This document shows positions 29,301 through 36,115 of a DNA stretch of 38,971 nt, one piece after another. The stretch is from Filifactor alocis. Lineage in GTDB: Bacteria; Bacillota; Clostridia; Peptostreptococcales; Filifactoraceae. Position numbers and translations under genes: made by a program. The stretch's first letter is position 1; each line of letters opens with the position of its first letter. A model generated the notes under the pieces. The model was not told the origin of the DNA, did not search any database, and saw only the letters and a program-made list of their open reading frames with translations. The stretch is from NCBI GenBank assembly GCA_030529565.1, contig JAUMWQ010000001.1, positions 1 through 38,971 of the forward strand, in the 5' to 3' direction.

Positions 29301-29729
29301 TCCTGCTACCATCATTTCCGAGTAGGCTCCTGCTACATTGATTTCTTGAGGATTGTATTTTAGCCTTTCGATCGTACCTACCCAGGATATCTTACGTTGT
29401 TCCGGTGTCAATAAGTTCCCTTCCGTCTTTACTGTCGTAAAGGGAGGAACTGCATCTTCGTGCAACTTGGTGATAAAGTTATCAGAAAGATTCAACACCC
29501 TAGCATTAGCAAATTCTTGTCTGACGTCTTGAAGATGTACTTCTCCGACGATGTCCTTGCCTTGCAATGGAACAAGAGCTACCGTTTTGTTGGACACGGT
29601 CGCCATGGCATCGTTAAGACTTTGATTGGCTCCCGGAGCAGCAAAAACAAGGTTGTTGATCGGGAAGATGGTAATCAACATGGTAACTACCAACAACCAG
29701 CTAAACCATTTTTTCTGTTTGCTAAACAA
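23259..29729 (-). CDS. Giant secreted surface protein (2156 aa as read; frameshifted before its SLH anchor)
   Basis: AAGGAGG RBS with TTG start and signal peptide (..LVFA-AP). One LRR-like motif (VLNLSDNFIT), Ig-like domains (LQWEES..YRLKA; YQWR..YACIV), InlB-B-like repeat (VTFSAG..GYQFTGW), poly-Gly linker. Confidence 0.88.
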   Translation of the reverse strand: MFSKQKKWFSWLLVVTMLITIFPINNLVFAAPGANQSLNDAMATVSNKTVALVPLQGKDIVGEVHLQDVRQEFANARVLNLSDNFITKLHEDAVPPFTTVKTEGNLLTPEQRKISWVGTIERLKYNPQEINVAGAYSEMMVAGKSGVSLQDLIAKGLIEGIKISVPGGVQHPYTAADFNDAKIPAAEVGSLPAGANNLTVEVTYKGLPNDLEIFNKVINVRALKALQVENLDEGATLQPDTEYTVLVSKVGADDEAVAFTDPNELQVSAEAGATYQEVSKVLEDGKVKLTFKFTNDFVSKKLTFAAPADQVSVDRTVSSLPISLESITLTDQQSSADAAIGSVKVDTAHPDKIQAVFLFGGTNVSSFDTDVLNQREGGLVEGKYYIKVKETGKQETDLMDPSWLEIEKPAGGKVDYELKQDADGKVYLSVSAQFEAQGGATDLLTVKPKSFGPAASNLKIKLNPVVTQKAPEAYYIYELEDDGADTNDVQALADENVNMEPGKNYGKTETTKTKVYRVPLNYTQQDGETEFSVKEGKKKLYYPVAAYNIMVGGQPKEVRKAVPTPVKKSWYQKEKLLNNAFAGTPSAFEAVGNYPGVPFTGAKVQFSGLVIEGKTKQNPSQGDIGNVSLAMHHFNNNGLWFEVKWEEKKVDKYVLIGTDHALDTTKPLPEFDMEDAADRQLVVDEVKRATGDMSYADLSEEPTVKIPIGTNKIFKVLALYDNGTIAEVGNTSALNPAIPEITAAGANPKDDNDVTVEGSNGVTLKLVATENGGMKIGTSGKPTDDKVGNYGKLQFDGKDIAKVALSTSQIVGVESLAYDNLRLSDNGALTSGEITGTWRDGGSTQIFQGNGSDQTELQTKIYLLPVFTNIDLNVIKLDKLQGQQPEQTEADVKNYAFETGYWKYTTAIEGIGVDPNLGGSDFRITTIGESDKMNRVGTTPEIVWVFSDVTGPTPKPYKTHEVKMDLNHQERTLVEIQEPIYDRIGAFAETDDGKKDTDFDQATNRLNMALQETKHIRVKVTNSNLVSIKSIGETLTPALFEQGVYFFGSEEPSQADPAALKYPISSYQATQPKPENVANSRTFADLYMLYLVSGQHSTVVPADYAVAADVYAGVDADRAAALAAEQQKIVPRVYQKKNGAYELVDPADSKLKVTLSSTPGVYDVKAEGRGEYRIVFFAKHEGVESPLLPIGADYLPGKDLYHIDVNISQAPIKKLYYYIPKEEGFTLESVNETEKVHINALPVNETQKTFKVYPIVADATFEASLPPGTTMPLNLQMLKDYAASKNTTLEALLKDPESGLSYMKEEDFDLQALAGKWTEQDTKNVVTSQADRDDEGNFFIKLFVQKADLTDGLTNVGFELAPGDFDQDPNTPGAPAPALIKTSGKFLPAAQALNLDRVIILQELQDWIHDIFPKPLKDPTVIQRGDSMPFGVTYITAKGIERDLSRGEILGSVDTKLVITGDPANPEELADITVGRSEAANGQPAIVSFAPSKIGHYKFYLSATNEKGQPVPAIGQTRVVEFDVVPFIKGEYDLYYGEVKPVEVDAGDDDDDLTFVPRTPGVLDPAALAGKKLTMDMGWAGVQVPNNEQDPTDVYVDIMLNGAKVGEFVVHVHPRNLNTNMSHQLLPVSSNADPYLVNNGENVTLRVRRFFTDGTFDFVDVESVEFMNGYNTDFTENLDDEAQSFVEINSANPAALSIRPVTGHSDTQDWYAEYKVKAVDGWEGVFYIQKNNDPVNRPVPAYKFYRLEPNGNVTPVLSDINIFEQQTAPETLFVIDESDPNDLKLVSDYILGVLPPGMVAHQRFGNMTTSSSISVSDLQANPNGHARLKFSPLREGNVSFKASDIFQLTEAVANYIIRKGQPLSVRILGPLNRSVNEGDTLNILAEVIGGVNPVLQWEESTDGVVWTPVAGQNAPRLTIPNADMSMNGKMYRLKARDAFEEKVTDSVAVVVVAQSVPQRIEGKIVPAEHRKQVGQSATFTLQLTGVPAGANVAYQWRIRTSNGWVTPGVTTDTFTIPSVTAEMHNNQYACIVTVNGIPVDGINRGLLVVVDEHGNPIQNTHKVTFSAGAHGSLQGHGASYAITVVENQSIMASDVPVVVAHSGYQFTGWMPANPAGTVVTGPMTFVAQYSSTSGGGGGGGGGETYTTTHTSTTAST

Positions 29730-30173
29730 ATTCTTTCCTCCTTTGTTAATTTAGTAGAGTTTACACAAGCGATTTTGTCAAACAGTTTGAATCAGAAGGC
29801 CTGTTGATTCGGATGTTATAACCGGATGACATACCCCTTTCAAAAAACTTCATTTTTTCAAACTCATGTTCCTTTCTATTTCGATAAGCAGAGCTTTTGT
29901 ACACAAAAATACTCCTAAGCGAATTTTCGCTCTTGGCTCACAAAAATGAAAAACCCAATTTGATAATCTGCCGGAATATAATGCGAAAAAAATAAGAAAG
30001 GTTCGGAACTGTAAAGTGATGTCATAGTTTTAAACTCGAAAGATATCCCCTGTTTGATTGGTTTTGCTTATGATTGCAGCGTTTTGAATATCCTTCGTTT
30101 TGACTCTTTTTTCCCCTCCTTTCTTAACTCCATCACATCGAAAATAGAAACGTTTTTTGTCTTTCTCCTGTCT

Positions 30174-30208
30174 GTATTTTTACACTCAAGTTACAAGTGT
30201 AAAAATAC
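30174..30208. other. Perfect 13-bp-arm inverted repeat in the divergent intergenic region
   Basis: GTATTTTTACACT-N9-AGTGTAAAAATAC. Confidence 0.8.
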
Positions 30209-30862
30209 CCAAACTCATGTAAAGTCTCCCGTCTATATAGTATCACTATCCGGGGTTTGTGTCTACAAGTTCCAAAGGCTTTCCGCCCTTCGTAACGAAA
30301 TTGTAAAGTTTCACAAACCTCTCGGAGCGAACCATATCGTAATTGTTTGCGATTTTGATTGTCGCGGTTAAGCATAAGTATTTCTCTTGTTTATTGAAAA
30401 TCCTTCTTTCTTGATATTGGATAGGCACGATCCCTTGTCCTTTTATCTTACATTTATTCCTTATTTTTCACTGTTTTAAACAGTTCAAGCATTATTTTTT
30501 TGTGTGAAAACTGTGTTGTTTTTATTTCAATTCCATGTCCTTTCAGTGCACTCTTTCTCCAGGGGGATAAATTGCATTTAATCCTTATGTTTCAAAAATT
30601 TTTTGGTATTCCGTTTCTTCATATTTTCTTTATTCCCTAATGATGCCTTTATTAAAACTAAAATATATTCGGTTTTGATCTTCTTGTTTTTCAAACGAGG
30701 GAGGAGAAAATAATAGGCGTATTGCTTCAACAATTCTTTTGATTGCTTTGATCTATTTACAGTCTTCTTCTTGAATTTTGTTTCCTCATTTTTTGATTGT
30801 TTCGTCTCGATTTTTTTGCATTTGCAAGTTAATTTACACTTATCGGTTTTTTTATTTTATCT

Positions 30863-30910
30863 TATTTACTGAAAATTCCTATTCCCTTATTTTTTTTATT
30901 GTGATATAAT
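30863..30910 (+). promoter_or_regulatory. CodY box and extended -10 upstream of the liv operon
   Basis: TATTTACTGAAAATT (30863-30877) matches AATTTTCWGAAAATT at 13/15; TGATATAAT at 30902-30910. Confidence 0.65.
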
Positions 30911-30962
30911 AACAGTGTTCTTTGAAGAAAGGAGCATATCTAATACATAGGAGGGACTATTT

Positions 30963-32162
30963 ATGAAGAAGATTTTTGCAACAGTTTTGGCTACGACCAT
31001 GCTTGCTGCTACTTTATTGAGCGGTTGCGGAAACGGCGGCGGCGGTGCTGCAGCACCCGGCGGTGGAGAAGGAAACACGAGCGGAGATACCATTAAGATC
31101 GGTTGGATCGGTGCTGTTACAGGCGATCAGGCTGTTTGGGGAACCGCTGAGAAACAAACTTTGGAAATGCTGATTGAGCAAACGAATGCAGACGGCGGTA
31201 TCCTTGGAAAACAAGTGGAGCTGGTTGCTTATGACACTCGTGGAGATGTTACCGAGGCGGTGAACGCTACCAAGCGTCTTACTACCCAGGATAACGTTAT
31301 CGGTATTATCGGACCCAATGCCAGCGACCAGGCGATTGCGATCGCAGGTACTTTGGAGCAGGCTAAGGTTCCCGATATTGCAACTGTTGCTACAAACCCG
31401 AAGGTTACGGTAGATGACAGCGGAAAGGTAAAAGACTATAACTTCCGTGTATGTTTCATCGACCCTTATCAAGGTGCGGTAGCTGCAGGTTACGCTTCTG
31501 AAAAACTCGGATTCAAAACGGCTGCAATCCTTTATGACGTAGCTTCAGACTACTCTCAAGGATTTACTCAATATTTTGAAGAGACATTCACAAAACTGGG
31601 CGGAACCATCGTGGCAAAAGAAGGTTTCAAGACCGGAGACGTAGATTTCAGACCTCAGTTGAGTAAGATCAAGGAAACAAATCCCGAAGTAATTTTGATG
31701 CCTTACTTCTATAAAGAAGTAGCTTTGACTGCAAACCAAGCGAGAGACCTTGGAATCACCTCTGTATTAATGGGTGGAGACGGATGGCCGTCTGAGCAGT
31801 TGATGGAAATGGCTCAAAACGCAGTTCAGGGAAGTATCATTGTAAACCACTTGGATTATGCGGATCCCGAGGCGGTTCCGTTGAAAGAAGCTTATGAAGC
31901 TAAATTCGGTACTCCTACCGAGCTTAACACTTATATGGCGAACGATGCTTACCTTTTGCTGAAGGCTGCGATCGAAAAAGCCGGAGAACCTAATTCCGTT
32001 AAAGTTACACAGGCTCTTAACGAGGTTACTGTAAAGGGTGTTACAGGTAATATCAAGATCGATCCTGAGACCCACAATCCTGACGGAAAAGAAGCCGCTA
32101 TCGTGAAAATCGAAGGCGACCAATATGTGTTCCAGGAAAAATACGGTATCAAGGTTGACTAG
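30963..32162 (+). CDS. Branched-chain amino acid ABC transporter substrate-binding lipoprotein (LivK/LivJ family)
   Basis: Lipobox LSGC, IKIGWIG, NADGGILGKQVELVAYD, FRVCFIDPYQG. Confidence 0.92.
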   Translation: MKKIFATVLATTMLAATLLSGCGNGGGGAAAPGGGEGNTSGDTIKIGWIGAVTGDQAVWGTAEKQTLEMLIEQTNADGGILGKQVELVAYDTRGDVTEAVNATKRLTTQDNVIGIIGPNASDQAIAIAGTLEQAKVPDIATVATNPKVTVDDSGKVKDYNFRVCFIDPYQGAVAAGYASEKLGFKTAAILYDVASDYSQGFTQYFEETFTKLGGTIVAKEGFKTGDVDFRPQLSKIKETNPEVILMPYFYKEVALTANQARDLGITSVLMGGDGWPSEQLMEMAQNAVQGSIIVNHLDYADPEAVPLKEAYEAKFGTPTELNTYMANDAYLLLKAAIEKAGEPNSVKVTQALNEVTVKGVTGNIKIDPETHNPDGKEAAIVKIEGDQYVFQEKYGIKVD

Positions 32163-32169
32163 TATTTGT

Positions 32170-32287
32170 TAAGACTATTTTCCGTTTGAGCTGTCAGGTA
32201 GTACGGAATATATGATCTTCGAAATCAGTTTGGAGAATCATATGCTTCAAAAGATTCGACCTGTCAATTTGAATAGATAGTAGTATA
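32170..32287 (+). mobile_element. MITE/BOX-like repeat, subtype A (118 bp)
   Basis: TAAGACTATTTTCCGTTTGAG...ATTCGACCTGTCAATTTGAATAGATAGTAGTATA; colinear with 12286-12403. Confidence 0.8.
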
Positions 32288-32312
32288 AATGGATGTATTG
32301 TTTAAGAAATTA

Positions 32313-32340
32313 AATAGGAGCCTTGTACAAGGCTCCTATT
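32313..32340. terminator. Perfect 28-bp palindrome after the SBP gene (stabiliser or partial terminator)
   Basis: AATAGGAGCCTTGTACAAGGCTCCTATT; no long U-tract. Confidence 0.7.
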
Positions 32341-32520
32341 CCAATTTTGTGAACAAGAACATGAATGTTCGCGAAACGTTGGACAGTATCCGTAACATCC
32401 GTGTCGGTAAAGGTGTAGAACGCAGTCTCGTTCTATAAGGCCTTCCCGAGAACCCGCTTATTTTTATAAGATCGGGTTCACAATTTAAGTTAATTTCTCA
32501 ATGAAATGGAGGACAACACT

Positions 32521-33399
32521 ATGACCAAATTTCTTCAACAATTGATCAACGGTCTTTCCATCGGAAGTGTTTACGCTTTGATGGCGGTTGGTTATTCGTT
32601 GGTTTATTCTATCTTGAACTTCTCCAACTTCGCTCACGGAGGAGTTATCATGCTTGGGGCATACTTCGGTTTCTTCGCATTGACCTTGCTTCACCTTCCT
32701 TTTGTTCCGTCGTTTATCCTGGCGGCAGTTGGAGCCGGCTTGATCGCAGTTGCCTGTGAGAGGATCGCATATCGACCTCTAAGAAAGAGAAATGCTCCCT
32801 TCCTCTACTTTATCATCTCTGCAATGGGAGCTTCCATCTTTTTGGAAAATATCGTTGTTGCAACGATTGGACCAACATTTCGTACCTATCCTCCGATCTT
32901 TTCGACGGAGCCGATCATGTTGGGTAATGTTGCACTTGGAAGATTGGATCTGTTAATGTTTGTTATCTCGGCTATAAGTTTATCAATCCTGGTCTACATA
33001 ATTGAAAAAACCAAGGTCGGACTTGCTATTCGTGCTACCTCCTACAACGGTCGTGCGAGTACTTTGATGGGCGTTAACGTTGACCGTATCATCTTTACTA
33101 TCTTTATGATAGGAGGGGTTTTGGCAGGTATTGCCGGTGTATTGTTCGGAATGAAGTATACGGTTTATCCTCAGATCGGGGTTATCACGTTGAAGTCCTT
33201 TATCGCTGCTGTATTTGGCGGTTTGGGTTCTCTACCCGGTGCAGTCATCGGCTCCGTGTTGCTCGGATTGATCGAGACCTTTACTTCAGGTTATTTTTCA
33301 TCTCAGTATAGAGATTTGTTTTCATTCACCTTGTTGATCTTTATCCTCGTTGTAAAACCGTCCGGTTTGATGGGTAAAGTTACTGAAGATAAGGCATAG
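32521..33399 (+). CDS. livH: BCAA ABC transporter permease LivH
   Basis: QQLINGLSIGSVYALMAVGYSLVY..NFAHG; GGAGG RBS favours ATG 32521. Confidence 0.93.
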   Translation: MTKFLQQLINGLSIGSVYALMAVGYSLVYSILNFSNFAHGGVIMLGAYFGFFALTLLHLPFVPSFILAAVGAGLIAVACERIAYRPLRKRNAPFLYFIISAMGASIFLENIVVATIGPTFRTYPPIFSTEPIMLGNVALGRLDLLMFVISAISLSILVYIIEKTKVGLAIRATSYNGRASTLMGVNVDRIIFTIFMIGGVLAGIAGVLFGMKYTVYPQIGVITLKSFIAAVFGGLGSLPGAVIGSVLLGLIETFTSGYFSSQYRDLFSFTLLIFILVVKPSGLMGKVTEDKA

Positions 33400-33416
33400 A
33401 AAGGGGGAATTGGATT

Positions 33417-34277
33417 ATGTGGAGTGTAGAATATGTACTTGGAATCATGACCCTTGCCGGTATCTTTTTGATGACTGTTTTGGGACTATCTTTATTGACA
33501 GGCTTCACCGGTCTGTTCTCGTTCGGACACGCAGGTTTTATGGCCATCGGTGCCTATACTGCGGCAATGCTTACCAATAGTGGTGTCAACTTCTACGCAG
33601 CGCTTCTGTGCGGAGGTATTGCGGCAGGTTTGACAAGTTTGATCATCGGTAGGTTGACTTTGAATCTAAAGGGAGACTACTTCTGTATCGCGACCCTGGG
33701 TTTCGGGGAAGCTATCCGTTTGCTTTTGGACAACGTCCAGTGGTTCGGTGGAGCGCGCGGTATGGCTTGCGGTTATTATACAAACTTCTGGAATGTTGTT
33801 ATCGTCAATGTGATCGGAGTGATCGCTCTTGCCTTCCTGATTCATTCCAGACACGGAAGAAACTTCGTAGCGATCCGTGAAGAGGAACTGGCATCTCAAG
33901 CCATCGGTATCAACACCTTCAAATACAAGATGATCTCTTTGGGGATCAGTGCTATCTACGCAGGTATTTCAGGTGGACTTTTGGCTCACTATTTGACTTA
34001 TATCCGTCCTCTTATGTTCCAATTGCTGGTATCTCAAGAGCTTACCATCATCGTTATCTTCGGAGGACTCGGAAGTATCAGCGGCAGCGTCATCGGTGCT
34101 ATCCTTCTGAAATCTCTTCCGGAGCTGCTCAGACAGTTTGCTCAATGGCGTTTGGTTATCTACGGTGCGGCCGTTATCTTTATTATGATCAGCCGTCCTC
34201 AAGGTTTGATGGGCGGAAAAGAGATCACTGATTTCTTTAAGAAAAAAAACAAATCAAAAGGGGAGGTTAAAGCATAA
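33417..34277 (+). CDS. livM: BCAA ABC transporter permease LivM
   Basis: GFTGLFSFGHAGFMAIGAY, LKGDYFCIATLGFGE. Confidence 0.93.
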   Translation: MWSVEYVLGIMTLAGIFLMTVLGLSLLTGFTGLFSFGHAGFMAIGAYTAAMLTNSGVNFYAALLCGGIAAGLTSLIIGRLTLNLKGDYFCIATLGFGEAIRLLLDNVQWFGGARGMACGYYTNFWNVVIVNVIGVIALAFLIHSRHGRNFVAIREEELASQAIGINTFKYKMISLGISAIYAGISGGLLAHYLTYIRPLMFQLLVSQELTIIVIFGGLGSISGSVIGAILLKSLPELLRQFAQWRLVIYGAAVIFIMISRPQGLMGGKEITDFFKKKNKSKGEVKA

Positions 34278-35059
34278 TGAGTTCTGTACTTTCTCTTAAC
34301 AATGTAACAAAACGCTTCGGCGGTTTGACAGCGGTGGATACCGTTAATTTTGAAATCCAACAGGGGGAGATCTACGGTTTGATCGGTCCCAACGGTGCCG
34401 GAAAAACAACGATCTTCAACCTGATCACAGGTGTATATGATATTACGGAAGGTGAGATCAAGTTTCACGACAAGGTTTTGAACGGAAAAAAACCTTTCCA
34501 AATTGCTGAGCTGGGAGTTACCCGTACCTTCCAAAACATTCGTTTGTTCAAGAAACTGACGACCTATGATAATGTTTTGACCGCTTGCCATCGCTCTGCA
34601 AATTACGGTTTCTTTGATACTTTGATCCGCAACAAAAAGTTCCGAGCTCAGGAGAAGGAGCTGCGAGAAAAAACGCGTTCTCTACTTGAACTTATGGGAC
34701 TGTGGGAATACCGCGATATGGTTTCTTCCAACCTTCCCTACGGATTGCAACGTAAACTTGAGATCGCTCGTGCTTTGGCCCTGGATCCCGCCCTTCTCCT
34801 CCTGGATGAACCGGCGGCAGGTATGAACCCGGAGGAGACCATCAGTTTGATGGAGCTTATTCGGGAGATACGAGATCGATTTAATTTGACCGTTCTCGTT
34901 ATTGAGCATCACATGGATCTGATCATGGGGGTCTGCGACAGGATCTATGTTTTGAACTTCGGTAAGCCTCTTGCGGAGGGTACTCCGGAACAGATCCAAA
35001 ACGATCCTCACGTTGTGGAAGCTTATCTTGGAAAGGTGGATGATGAACATGATGCTTAA
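34277..35059 (+). CDS. livG: BCAA ABC transporter ATP-binding protein LivG
   Basis: GPNGAGKTT, RTFQNIRLF, LPYG, LLLDEPAAG. Confidence 0.95.
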   Translation: MSSVLSLNNVTKRFGGLTAVDTVNFEIQQGEIYGLIGPNGAGKTTIFNLITGVYDITEGEIKFHDKVLNGKKPFQIAELGVTRTFQNIRLFKKLTTYDNVLTACHRSANYGFFDTLIRNKKFRAQEKELREKTRSLLELMGLWEYRDMVSSNLPYGLQRKLEIARALALDPALLLLDEPAAGMNPEETISLMELIREIRDRFNLTVLVIEHHMDLIMGVCDRIYVLNFGKPLAEGTPEQIQNDPHVVEAYLGKVDDEHDA

Positions 35060-35753
35060 AGTAGAAAATCTAAACGTTTATTACGGTGGTATTCATGCTC
35101 TCAGAGGTGTATCCATCGATGTTGAACAAGGTAAGATCGTTACTATCATCGGTTCCAACGGTGCGGGCAAATCTTCTCTTTTGAACTCGATCTCAGGAAC
35201 GGTCAAGTACCAGTCCGGAGATATCCGTTTCAAGGGTGAGCCCTTGTCAAAACAATCTCACAAGGTCGTTCAGTCAGGAGTCGTTCAGGTTCCCGAGGGT
35301 CGTCTGATCTTTGCAAACCTCACTGTTGACGAAAACCTGAGAATGGGCGCTTACCTAAGAAACGATAAGAAGATCGCCGCTGATATGGAGTATGTTTATA
35401 AGCTCTTTCCTCGTTTGAAGGAACGTGAAAAACAGATTGCCGGAACTCTTTCCGGAGGAGAGCAACAGATGCTCGCTATGGGACGAGGTTTGATGTCCCG
35501 CCCCGAGATCATCCTTTTGGACGAGCCCTCGTTGGGACTTGCACCTCTGCTTATCAATACGATATTTGAGATCATTATCGAGATCAAGAAGATGGGTAAG
35601 ACGATCCTCTTGGTTGAGCAAAACGCATTCAAGGCGCTTTCGATTGCTGACAAGGCCTATGTCTTAGAGCAGGGTCAGATCACAAAGGAAGGTCTGGCAA
35701 GCGAATTGATCAAGGATCCTTCTATCCAGGAAGCATATCTTGGAAAAAAATAA
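35049..35753 (+). CDS. livF: BCAA ABC transporter ATP-binding protein LivF
   Basis: GSNGAGKS, VPEGR, LSGGEQQM, LDEPSLGLAP. Start trimmed to MMLKVENL, overlapping the end of livG. Confidence 0.93.
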   Translation: MMLKVENLNVYYGGIHALRGVSIDVEQGKIVTIIGSNGAGKSSLLNSISGTVKYQSGDIRFKGEPLSKQSHKVVQSGVVQVPEGRLIFANLTVDENLRMGAYLRNDKKIAADMEYVYKLFPRLKEREKQIAGTLSGGEQQMLAMGRGLMSRPEIILLDEPSLGLAPLLINTIFEIIIEIKKMGKTILLVEQNAFKALSIADKAYVLEQGQITKEGLASELIKDPSIQEAYLGKK

Positions 35754-35760
35754 GTTCTTT

Positions 35761-35790
35761 AAAAAAGTGGACATTACGTCCACTTTTTTT
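35761..35790 (+). terminator. Bidirectional-type terminator after livF
   Basis: AAAAAAGTGGAC-ATTAC-GTCCACTTTTTTT. Confidence 0.85.
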
Positions 35791-35894
35791 GTTTCGGGGA
35801 AAGATGCAAAGATGCTACAGAGGAGAAATTGTTTGCAAATTCTCAAAAAATCCTCTATAATGAATCTATAGATCGAGTTTTGTTTTGGTATGTC

Positions 35895-36013
35895 TAATAC
35901 TGTTCTCCGTTTGAAATGCGGGATATACAGAATATACGATTGCCGAAAAAACAACTTGGAGGCTGATGTATTTTAGAGTATTCAACCTGTTGATTCTAAT
36001 AGATCGTAGTATA
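35895..36013 (+). mobile_element. MITE/BOX-like repeat, subtype A (119 bp)
   Basis: TAATACTGTTCTCCGTTTGAAATG..TATACAGAATATACGATTGCCGAAAA..ATTCAACCTGTTGATTCTAATAGATCGTAGTATA; closest to the 12286 copy. Confidence 0.85.
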
Positions 36014-36115
36014 ACCAACCCTCGATCCAAAGAAGTTTGATTTGAAGTTGTGCAAAACATCTTCCATCTTCTTTCTATCCTACACGGTGTCTATTTATTA
36101 TAAGGAGGTTTTAGC

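Noticed and set aside
22441-29765. 9-bp inverted repeats (TGTAAACTC / GAGTTTACA) flanking the first giant gene as an invertible segment
   Set aside because: Too short to exclude chance, and there is no recombinase in the window.
1456-29807. Long antisense ORFs (e.g. 2923-3963, 4353-5273, 19445-20389, 25461-26627, 26685-28025)
   Set aside because: Shadow frames opposite well-supported genes, with no recognisable motifs.
30246-30300. c-di-GMP-I riboswitch upstream of the surface-protein genes
   Set aside because: Only a GAAA-loop hairpin (AAGGGCGGAAAGCCTT) is present; the conserved GCAAA and P2 receptor layout is not matched.
30054-30428. Small ORFs in the divergent intergenic region
   Set aside because: They overlap each other, have weak starts and low-complexity AT-driven composition.
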